From: a virus
Direction: 5' to 3' (one strand)
IMG/VR virus record: IMGVR_UViG_3300027969_000046
DNA: 64,000 bases
In this document: piece by piece, positions 39,848-47,897 of the stretch
Layout: each line of letters opens with the position of its first letter
Numbering within the stretch: position 1 is the stretch's first letter
Notes under the pieces: generated by a model
Seen by the model: only the letters and a program-made list of their open reading frames with translations
What the model was told of the DNA's origin: nothing
The model's database searches: none
Made by a program: the position numbers and the translations under genes

Positions 39848-40219
39848 ATGGCACATTTTGCTAAACTAGATTCAGACAACAAAGTAATTCATGTTTCAGT
39901 TGTAGATAACTGGAACACAGTAGATGGTTCAGGTAATGAAACAGAATCAATTGGTGTTGCATACTTGAAATCAATTCATGGTGCAGATACTAACTGGAAA
40001 CAAACAAGCTATAACGGCAATATTCGTAAGAACTATGCTGGTATTGGTATGACATATGATGCAGGTCGTGATGCTTTCATTTCACCAAAACCATTTCCTA
40101 GTTGGACATTAAACGAAACTACTTGTCGTTATGAGGCACCAACACGAATGCCTACAACAGAAGGCAAGATTTATACTTGGGACGAAGCAACAACAAGTTG
40201 GGTTGAAAGCGCATTTTAA
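39848..40219 (+). CDS. Conserved partner/chaperone of glycine-rich fibre proteins
   Basis: MAHFA.LD, W.QTSYN..IRKNYAGIG.TYD...DAFI.P.PFPSW; strong SD. Confidence 0.65.
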   Translation: MAHFAKLDSDNKVIHVSVVDNWNTVDGSGNETESIGVAYLKSIHGADTNWKQTSYNGNIRKNYAGIGMTYDAGRDAFISPKPFPSWTLNETTCRYEAPTRMPTTEGKIYTWDEATTSWVESAF

Positions 40220-40235
40220 TTATTAGGAGTTTATT

Positions 40236-40634
40236 ATGGATGTGAATGAAGTAATGCAGAATTTTACTGGTGAAAATGGAATGGCTTACGGGGTTGATAC
40301 TGCAATTAAGGCACTAAGACCTGGTTGCAGATACGAAATTACTTGTGCTGGTGGAAGTATCATCTATCACAAGTGGTGGGATCCAAATGATTTGCCACCT
40401 CCAGAAAAACCAGAAGTTGATAAAGAACTTGCTTACCAAGAAAAGTTAGCAAAACATTATCAATACTCATTTGATAGATGCCGTGAATATCCTGATGGCT
40501 TTGAACAACTCGATATGTTATGGCACGCTATTAATAATGGTGTAGATTTGAAAGAATCAGATTGGTTTAAATCTATCAAAGAAGTTAAAGATAAGTATCC
40601 AAAACCGACTGAACAAGTCCCTATGAAAGAATAA
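40236..40634 (+). CDS. Fibre chaperone-like protein
   Basis: AI..LRPG, R..EYP...EQLD.L.H and VK.KYPKP; SD AGGAG. Confidence 0.65.
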   Translation: MDVNEVMQNFTGENGMAYGVDTAIKALRPGCRYEITCAGGSIIYHKWWDPNDLPPPEKPEVDKELAYQEKLAKHYQYSFDRCREYPDGFEQLDMLWHAINNGVDLKESDWFKSIKEVKDKYPKPTEQVPMKE

Positions 40635-40638
40635 AGAG

Positions 40639-40660
40639 ACCACCGTAAGGTGGTTTTTTT
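40639..40660 (+). terminator. Intrinsic terminator with GNRA loop
   Basis: ACCACC-GTAA-GGTGGT followed by a T run. Confidence 0.88.
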
Positions 40661-40682
40661 ATAGCCATCAATACCCAATTCG

Positions 40683-40690
40683 ACTAAATA
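40683..40690 (+). promoter_or_regulatory. Late promoter variant ACTAAATA
   Basis: Lies between the terminator and an SD; same variant precedes gp18. Confidence 0.65.
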
Positions 40691-40725
40691 GAGAATAAAC
40701 ATAGTCAGATTTAAGGAGAATTATC

Positions 40726-41058
40726 ATAGCTGCGTTCACAGAGCTGCTCATCGAGCAAGGAGCCACCTTCTCCACCACAATCAATGTTTCAGATAGTGCT
40801 GGTGCTGCAATCAACCTTTACGGTTATACTGCTTCTTCCCAAATGCGTAAATCATTTTACGCAACATCAAATACAATCATTTCAGCAGTAGTTACCGGTA
40901 ATGCAAACGGAGAAATAACTCTGTCTATGACTGCTGCTAATACTGCTAACTTAACTCCTGGCCGTCAAGTTTTTGATTTGCTGATTACTGCACCAAGCAC
41001 AATTAAGACCCGTGTAGTAGAAGGCATCATTGTCATTTCGCCTGGAGTTACGAGATAA
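40726..41058 (+). CDS. Virion structural protein with probable non-canonical ATA start
   Basis: AAGGAG at 40713-40718, then ATA GCT GCG TTC ACA GAG (xAAFTELLIEQGATFSTT...), in frame with the called ORF 40843..41058. Confidence 0.7.
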   Translation: MAAFTELLIEQGATFSTTINVSDSAGAAINLYGYTASSQMRKSFYATSNTIISAVVTGNANGEITLSMTAANTANLTPGRQVFDLLITAPSTIKTRVVEGIIVISPGVTR

Positions 41059-41306
41059 TGGCAGTAAATGTCAGAGTTGGTGGCAATAGTGGTGTTGGTC
41101 AAGTTGTTGTTAATCAACAAACTCGCACAACTGTAGCCTCACAAAATTTTAAACCAAAGCCTAATGTTGCATTAACTGAATTAACCGACTTGAATATCTC
41201 TGGTGTTCAAGACAAACAAGTTATTCAGTATGATTCTGCAACAGGTAAATTTGTAGCAAACACAGTAACCGCTTCTTTAGTTGCGGTTAATGGTGGCTCT
41301 TTTTAA
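41058..41306 (+). CDS. Small collar/fibre linker protein ending GGSF
   Basis: L..L.D.......D...I.YD..TGKF; translationally coupled. Confidence 0.55.
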   Translation: MAVNVRVGGNSGVGQVVVNQQTRTTVASQNFKPKPNVALTELTDLNISGVQDKQVIQYDSATGKFVANTVTASLVAVNGGSF

Positions 41307-44092
41307 TGGCAAATACATTAATTCAATTAAGGTCGTCCACATCTAATGCTACACCAATAGTATTAGATGTAGCTGAACCGGCTTATTCGTATGTAAGTAA
41401 TACTTTATTCATTGGTACTGCCGGTGGTAATGGCGTATTGCCAATTGGTGGACAATTCTATGTCAACCAACAACAAATAATTTATAACACAGCCAATGCA
41501 GCCTTTACTGCTGCTAATACAGGTAGTGGCGCTGTTGCAGCTGGCTCTTATGCTAACTCAGCTTTTTCAACGGCCAATTCGGCAGCTTCTTATGCTAATG
41601 CAGCCTTCGCAGCTGCTAACAACTCAACAGACCTTTGGGTAAGAACACAGGCAAATTCTGCGTTCAATCAGGCTAATGCGGCCTTTCTACAAGCAAACAC
41701 CCCAAGTTATGTTGCCAATTCAGCCGCTAGTTATGCTAACGCTGCCTTTATTGCAGCTAACACAAAATTAAGTTTATCTGGTGGTACAATTACAGGACCA
41801 ATTAGTGGATTAGGAAGTTCTAAACTAGATTTTACTACTTACGGTTCCAACACCGCATATCTAACAACCACTAATGATGATTCTACTGCATTGTTTATGG
41901 GGGCATCATCAGCTGAGTTATACGCTAATACAAATGTTGTTATTAGAGCCAATACTAAAGGAACATCACAAAATTGGACATTTGGTGAAGATGGTTCATT
42001 AACATTACCTGCAAGCGGAACAATTTCTGGACTAAAAGATGTAAACATTACTGGCAATTTAACTGTTACTGGTACTGCAACATATACGAACACTCAAACT
42101 GTATTAATTGCTGATAATATCATCACAGTTAATGCGGCTATCAACCAGTCTGCACAACCAACGGTTAATGCTGGTATTGAAGTTGACCGAGGCGCACAAC
42201 CTAATGCACAGTTTTTGTGGATTGAATCTGCTGGTAAATGGTCTGCAAACAATGGCAATGGTTCAATCTATATTGCTTCTGATTCGGCAGAATCATATGC
42301 TAATGCAGCTTTCTTAAAAGCCAACACGCCAGATTATGTTGCTAACTCAGCATCTAGTTACGCCAATGCAGCCTTCATTCAAGCAAATGCAGCCTTTATT
42401 GCTGCTAATAATGCTGGCGGAACAGTTTTAGGTAACACAATAAATCTTGGTTCAAACACAGTAGGTTTATTGGTAAGTAATGCAGTAACACTTACAACAA
42501 CTACAAAAGTTACTGATGGTTTAGCATTAATTAATAATGTGTTAGGTAAGTTAGTTCCACCTGGCCCACCTGCTTTCCCATCTTCTAATACCATCTCTAT
42601 TGCTTCTGTAACTTCTTACAGAATGACAAACTTTACACAGACTGATAGAACATCAAACAGTCGTGGTGTTGCCGCTGGCACAACAGTTACCAATGCAAGA
42701 CGAGCCGCAACATATTCAATCACACCAACTATTCCTGACCAAGGACCTGGTGATAGTGGCACAATTACATTATTTGTTAATGGTGCAAACTCAGTAGCTT
42801 ACACATTTACATCGTCAAGTGCCAATGGTACTTACACAAGTGGTGGTCACTCATTAGTCATTTCTGATAGTGTTGATTATGGTTCTAAGATTGTAGGTAC
42901 ATCACAAGGTTTCTGGAGAAGTTTTGATTGTAGTGCCAACGGTACTGTATCAAATGGTTGGAATGAATTATACATTACTCATAGTGGCGCATCTACAACT
43001 AATACTCCATTCTGGTATTATGATGATAGTGCGCCAGGAACTGTTACTATCAACAACGGAAGTTTAACAGTTAACTCAGCTGCATACTCCAACTCATCTA
43101 CAATTTCACATTATACAAGTGCCACACTATTTAATTTAGGATTTAATATCTCCAAGTTAAGTGGTGATATGTATCCAACAAGCGACACATTTGTTACTTC
43201 TGCGGCTGGTGGTGCATTTGGTGCCAACGCTGGTGTAACATATGCACAAGCAGGTATCACAACACCACTTACGAGAAACCTTTATGTTTCGAGTGGTCAA
43301 GCAACAGTCAATTTAACATCAGCAGTTACTACTGGTTTTGGTAGTAGTGCAACAGGTGTTGTTGTAACTGGTCAAAACAGTTATACCGCAGGCACATTAT
43401 CGGTAACTCCAGGCGTTACGATTCTTTATAAGACAGGCAATACAAGTTCTAATACTGTAATTGGTGGTGAAGATAATTTATTCTTTGGCTCAACAGTTGG
43501 AACTGGATCAACGGCGGCGTTTCGTATTGTCAATCCAGGTTCTACCGACAACCCAGCATATGCGAATGGTGCATCAGCGTTTGATTCGACCAATGGAACT
43601 CTCCAAGCATATGATGCCACAATAGTTGCCGCTACATTAAAACACGACCAAATAAATTATGCCACAGGTTACTTGCCTGTTGGTCCAAATTTAAGTTCAG
43701 GCAGAACAGGTCCACAATATTTCACATTCAAATTTGTTAGAACATCTTTGTCCAAATTTGATATTCAATTTACAGGTAATACTGCTGGTGTTTGGGTTGC
43801 AGCACCAGGAACCGTAATTGATTCCACTTCTTCGTTGAATGGCTGGTTGTCTATGACTACTGCATATGCAGGCTCTGGAATTCCAGGTGCTAATGCTCCA
43901 GGTAATGGTAGCAACGGTTGTGCTTTGGGTGGAATTATTACTGCAAATACAGCAGTTACAACACACAGAAAGACTTGCACATTTGGTACAGTATCAACAT
44001 CTAATTCCACAGGTAATGAAGTTTATGTGAGAATTAAATTGTTAGCTGGTCAAACCATTACTGCTCTTTCATTACAAACAGCGAATAATTAA
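41306..44092 (+). CDS. Long neck/collar fibre-like protein with AN heptad repeats
   Basis: IQLR.S..EPAYS N-domain, ANSAASYANAAF repeats, DNII.VN/AGIEVDRG segment and a large beta-rich C-domain. Confidence 0.65.
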   Translation: MANTLIQLRSSTSNATPIVLDVAEPAYSYVSNTLFIGTAGGNGVLPIGGQFYVNQQQIIYNTANAAFTAANTGSGAVAAGSYANSAFSTANSAASYANAAFAAANNSTDLWVRTQANSAFNQANAAFLQANTPSYVANSAASYANAAFIAANTKLSLSGGTITGPISGLGSSKLDFTTYGSNTAYLTTTNDDSTALFMGASSAELYANTNVVIRANTKGTSQNWTFGEDGSLTLPASGTISGLKDVNITGNLTVTGTATYTNTQTVLIADNIITVNAAINQSAQPTVNAGIEVDRGAQPNAQFLWIESAGKWSANNGNGSIYIASDSAESYANAAFLKANTPDYVANSASSYANAAFIQANAAFIAANNAGGTVLGNTINLGSNTVGLLVSNAVTLTTTTKVTDGLALINNVLGKLVPPGPPAFPSSNTISIASVTSYRMTNFTQTDRTSNSRGVAAGTTVTNARRAATYSITPTIPDQGPGDSGTITLFVNGANSVAYTFTSSSANGTYTSGGHSLVISDSVDYGSKIVGTSQGFWRSFDCSANGTVSNGWNELYITHSGASTTNTPFWYYDDSAPGTVTINNGSLTVNSAAYSNSSTISHYTSATLFNLGFNISKLSGDMYPTSDTFVTSAAGGAFGANAGVTYAQAGITTPLTRNLYVSSGQATVNLTSAVTTGFGSSATGVVVTGQNSYTAGTLSVTPGVTILYKTGNTSSNTVIGGEDNLFFGSTVGTGSTAAFRIVNPGSTDNPAYANGASAFDSTNGTLQAYDATIVAATLKHDQINYATGYLPVGPNLSSGRTGPQYFTFKFVRTSLSKFDIQFTGNTAGVWVAAPGTVIDSTSSLNGWLSMTTAYAGSGIPGANAPGNGSNGCALGGIITANTAVTTHRKTCTFGTVSTSNSTGNEVYVRIKLLAGQTITALSLQTANN

Positions 44093-44653
44093 ATGGCAAT
44101 TTTAGATTCTGCAAAAGTCGACCTACTATACAAGAAGCTCTTTGGTGTTGCTAAGACAGACACACCTGTTAATAAGGGTGCAAGTAACGAATCTATTGCT
44201 AGTCCTGCAATTAATCGTGGCGACAAAATTTGGACACAGGCATCAAACATACCTGCAACCGCTGCGGCCGTTACTGGTATTGTTCAATCATATCAAACAA
44301 CAACTGCCGTTCAATGCACCGCAGACACCACATCAACTGCAATCGCAGGTGTTTATCCAACATGGAAAACAAACTTAACTGATTGGATTCCACCAGAGTT
44401 TGGTTCAACATACTTTGTGGCAGTTTATGCTGATTCATCTGGAGTAGGAAATCCTGTATCTACTGGAACACAAATGTTTGATTCTGGTATTGGTGGTGTT
44501 GGTGAATGGTTTTTTGATTATCAAGCAGGTGTATTAAATTTCATTGGCGGTACAATTCCAGCCACACTAACTGGTTCTAAAGTGGTCTATATTACTGGCT
44601 ACAGATACATTGGTGAAATTGGAATACAAACAATTCAAGGCGGTACTTTCTAA
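44093..44653 (+). CDS. Structural protein ending GGTF
   Basis: KVD.L.KK..G.AKTD, WIPPEFG..Y and W.FDY.AGVL.F; coupled to the upstream gene. Confidence 0.55.
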   Translation: MAILDSAKVDLLYKKLFGVAKTDTPVNKGASNESIASPAINRGDKIWTQASNIPATAAAVTGIVQSYQTTTAVQCTADTTSTAIAGVYPTWKTNLTDWIPPEFGSTYFVAVYADSSGVGNPVSTGTQMFDSGIGGVGEWFFDYQAGVLNFIGGTIPATLTGSKVVYITGYRYIGEIGIQTIQGGTF

Positions 44654-44664
44654 GTACCGTAAAA

Positions 44665-44672
44665 TATAAATA
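44665..44672 (+). promoter_or_regulatory. Late promoter TATAAATA
   Basis: Perfect consensus, intergenic. Confidence 0.85.
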
Positions 44673-44699
44673 GAGAGTAAGTCCCACTAGAGGAATAAA

Positions 44700-46331
44700 A
44701 TGGCAAATACCACAATCCAACTAAAATATTCTACCACGACAGCGACACCAACATCGTTGAATGTGGCAGAACCAGCGTATTCTTACTCAAGTAATACGCT
44801 CTTCATCGGCTCACCATCTGGTACAGGTTCAATTGCCATTGGCGGTAAGTTCTACTTAGACCAGCAAGCGACAATCTATACTCGTGGAAATTCAGCATTT
44901 GATGCTGCTAACTCTGCGGGTTCGTATGCTAATGCGGCCTTTGCAGCTGCTAATACTGCGGCTCTTTCTACTGGTGCATATGCACAGGCCAATGCGGCTT
45001 TCATTCAAGCAAACGCTGCTTTCCTACAAGCAAACACTCCAAGTTACACCGCAAACTCCGCAGCCAGTTATGCTAACTCAGGATTTGCAGTTGCCAATAG
45101 TGCAGCTAGTTACGCTAACTCTGCATTTTCGGCTGCTAACACAGCACAGTCAACAGGCACTTCTGCTGGTTCATATGCTAACTCTGCCTTTACAGCAGCT
45201 AATGCTGCTTTCTTGCAGGCTAATACTCCAAGTTATACTGCTAACTCAGCTGCTGTATATGCTAATGCAGCCTTTACTCGTGCTAACAATAGTATCAATG
45301 CAAATACTGGCGGTACAATTACTGCTGACTTGGTCATTACTGGTAACTTGACAGTTCAAGGTAATACCACATATGTTAATACACAAACAATTACAACAGG
45401 CGACTCATTAATTCGTCTTGCTAATAACAATACTGTTGGTGATACAGTTGATATTGGTTTCTATGGTGCATATAATTCAAGTGGTGTTAAATATACCGGT
45501 CTTGTTAGACAAGCTGGTGCAAACTACTTCTTGTTTAAAGATATTACTACTGACCCAACTGCAAACGTTCTTGCTCCTGGCTCGTTAACTGCTGCTAACA
45601 CAGGCACATTGACTGCTAATTTAACTGCATACTCAGTTACAATTAACGGTCAAGACATTAACCTCTATACAACAAATGCTTATACACAGGCAAATACTGC
45701 TGTAGCAAACGCACTAGCCGCTTCTACTGCCGCTAACGCAGCCTTTGCTGTTGCTAATACTGCTAGTGCATCTGGTACATCCGCAGGTTCATATGCTAAT
45801 GCGGCCTTTGCAGTTGCCAATAGTGCGGCCTCATACGCTAACTCTGGATTTGCAGTTGCAAACTCAGCCGCTTCTTATGCCAACTCTGCGTTCTTAACTG
45901 CTAATAATAGTGCTGGTGTAAATCTTACACAAAATACCAGTATTACTGCTGCCTTTACACAGGCTAATGCTGCTTTCTTAGTTGCCAACGGTGCTGCTTT
46001 TGTTGCGAATACTGATTACACTAACTTAACAATCTCTGCTGGTAACTACGGTACTGCATCGGCAGTCGCTTCGTTTAAAGTTGAGGCCAATGGTCGTATC
46101 AGTTCTGCAAACAATACATCTATTGCAATTGATGCTGCTGCAATTACTTCTGGTACACTAGGTGTAACAAGAGGTGGTTCTGGTGCTGGCACATTTACAA
46201 ATAACGGTGTTTTGTTAGGCCAAGGTACATCTGCATTTGCAACCGCATCATCTTCAACTGAAGGTCATGTCTTAACAATTAACAGTTCTGGTGTTCCAAC
46301 ATTCAGTCATCTGCAAGGTGGAACATTTTAA
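44700..46331 (+). CDS. Fibre protein with AN heptad repeats, ending GGTF
   Basis: N-domain paralogous to 41306; ANSAASY repeats; DIGFYG segment. Confidence 0.65.
   Translation: MANTTIQLKYSTTTATPTSLNVAEPAYSYSSNTLFIGSPSGTGSIAIGGKFYLDQQATIYTRGNSAFDAANSAGSYANAAFAAANTAALSTGAYAQANAAFIQANAAFLQANTPSYTANSAASYANSGFAVANSAASYANSAFSAANTAQSTGTSAGSYANSAFTAANAAFLQANTPSYTANSAAVYANAAFTRANNSINANTGGTITADLVITGNLTVQGNTTYVNTQTITTGDSLIRLANNNTVGDTVDIGFYGAYNSSGVKYTGLVRQAGANYFLFKDITTDPTANVLAPGSLTAANTGTLTANLTAYSVTINGQDINLYTTNAYTQANTAVANALAASTAANAAFAVANTASASGTSAGSYANAAFAVANSAASYANSGFAVANSAASYANSAFLTANNSAGVNLTQNTSITAAFTQANAAFLVANGAAFVANTDYTNLTISAGNYGTASAVASFKVEANGRISSANNTSIAIDAAAITSGTLGVTRGGSGAGTFTNNGVLLGQGTSAFATASSSTEGHVLTINSSGVPTFSHLQGGTF
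45261..45314 (+). repeat. 54-bp perfect direct repeat, copy 1 (copy 2 at 48633-48686)
   Basis: GCTAATGCAGCCTTTACTCGTGCTAACAATAGTATCAATGCAAATACTGGCGGT occurs in two different fibre genes. Confidence 0.9.
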
Positions 46332-46356
46332 TTAATCATGGTGAATAGGAGTTATT

Positions 46357-46848
46357 ATGAGTGTGGAGTTTTCAAATGCTTATCAAGAGGTTCTGCTTGA
46401 GAATTTAGACGCTATTCTTAAGCAGAATTTTATGTTTCAAGCAAGATTAAAATTGCTTGAAAAAGAAGCAAATTTTAAGACAGAATTGCAGGCAAAATTA
46501 GATGATGTTACGGCCAAATACCAAGAAGCAATAGAGCAAGTTGGTGCCGCTGAACAGTATAAGGTACAAGCATCAAGTAATGATGCCATTGTCCAAGAGA
46601 AAAGTCGGATTCAATCCGCTTTAAATGATACCATGCGAGAGCTTGGTACAACAAAAGGTGCATTAGAGGGAAGTCAGGCGGTAATTGAAGAACTGAAATC
46701 TCGGATTGCAGAGCTGGAAAAATTAGTTCCGCCTGCACCTAAAACACCAGTAAAAAAGACTACTGTTAAAACTGAAGAAAAAAAGCCTGATGATTCTGCC
46801 TCAACTGACCTATTTAAAATAAAGGTAGATGACGGTAGTTCATTCTAA
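46357..46848 (+). CDS. Coiled-coil protein, possible fibre chaperone, ending DGSSF
   Basis: Heptad-rich charged sequence; SD AGGAG. Confidence 0.55.
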   Translation: MSVEFSNAYQEVLLENLDAILKQNFMFQARLKLLEKEANFKTELQAKLDDVTAKYQEAIEQVGAAEQYKVQASSNDAIVQEKSRIQSALNDTMRELGTTKGALEGSQAVIEELKSRIAELEKLVPPAPKTPVKKTTVKTEEKKPDDSASTDLFKIKVDDGSSF

Positions 46849-47888
46849 TGGCAAACACAGTAATACAACTTAGAAACTCAACTGTAACTGGCAATGTTCC
46901 ATCATCGCTAGCTAACGGTGAAATTTCCATCAACAGTCGTGATGGAAAGTTTTTCTATTCCACGCCAGCAGGCGCAGTCATCACCCACTATCCTTATTTG
47001 GGACCAGCAGGTCTCAATAAGGAAATTCAATTCAATGATAGTGGTACTCTAGGTTCAAATTCTGGCCTAGCATTTGACAAAACATCCGGTTCACTAAATG
47101 TAAATAATTCTATCATTGTTAGTGGTAGAGATTTGGGTGCATATGCTAATGCGGCTTTTTTAAAAGCTAATACACCTAGTGATGTAGCAAACTCTGCGGC
47201 CAGTTACGCCAACTCAGCATTTTTAAGAGCCAATACTCCTAGTGATGTTGCTAATAGTGCAGCTTCATATGCTAATTCTGCATTTGGTAAAGCAAATACT
47301 GCTGGTATTGCAGCCAATACACCTAGTTACACCGCAAACTCAGCTGCATTATACGCTAATGCAGCTTTTACTAGAGCAAACAATTCATTAGATGCTAATA
47401 ACGGCGGTACTGTTACTGGCACAATTACTGCAAATTCGTTTATTACTTCAGGTAGTTTTGGTAATATTCAAGGTGCAAATACAATTTATGCAAATAATTT
47501 TGTGGCCAATACGGGATATTTTCAATTTTCGGATGGTTCAAAACAATATACTGCCAATGCTGGTTCAGGTGGCGGAACAACAGATACTTGGGCGAGAGGC
47601 CAAGCTAACGCTGCTTTTATTCAAGCAAATGCAGCCTTCATACAAGCAAATACTGGTGGTGGCGGTGGAAATTCGTTTGGCCAAATTGTTGCCAATGTGG
47701 GAACAATCCTTGCGACCAGCTCAAATGATTCTATACAAATAGTTGGAGAATCAGGCATATCAGTTTCTTCAAATGTATCTGCAAAGAAACTCATTGTAAG
47801 TGTTCCAGCAGGATATACTTTTACTACAGCTGACTATGGTTTTATAACTGATTCAACTAATGTAATTTACGATTATGGCACAATATAA
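46848..47888 (+). CDS. Fibre protein with AN repeats and DYG C-terminal motifs
   Basis: IQLR.S...P.SL..GE..IN..DGK.F N-domain, IQFND.G and ANSAASY repeats. Confidence 0.6.
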   Translation: MANTVIQLRNSTVTGNVPSSLANGEISINSRDGKFFYSTPAGAVITHYPYLGPAGLNKEIQFNDSGTLGSNSGLAFDKTSGSLNVNNSIIVSGRDLGAYANAAFLKANTPSDVANSAASYANSAFLRANTPSDVANSAASYANSAFGKANTAGIAANTPSYTANSAALYANAAFTRANNSLDANNGGTVTGTITANSFITSGSFGNIQGANTIYANNFVANTGYFQFSDGSKQYTANAGSGGGTTDTWARGQANAAFIQANAAFIQANTGGGGGNSFGQIVANVGTILATSSNDSIQIVGESGISVSSNVSAKKLIVSVPAGYTFTTADYGFITDSTNVIYDYGTI

Positions 47889-47891
47889 ATA
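47884..47891 (+). promoter_or_regulatory. Late promoter TATAAATA
   Basis: Perfect consensus 6 nt upstream of the ATG. Confidence 0.85.
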
Positions 47892-47897
47892 ACTATT

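Noticed and set aside
25129-40634. Invertible (shufflon/Gin-type) fibre switching
   Set aside because: All cassettes are on the same strand, and I saw no inverted recombination sites or recombinase gene.
44641-44659. Hairpin CGGTACTT-TCT-AAGTACCG as a terminator
   Set aside because: No U tract on either strand; at most an mRNA stability or processing element.
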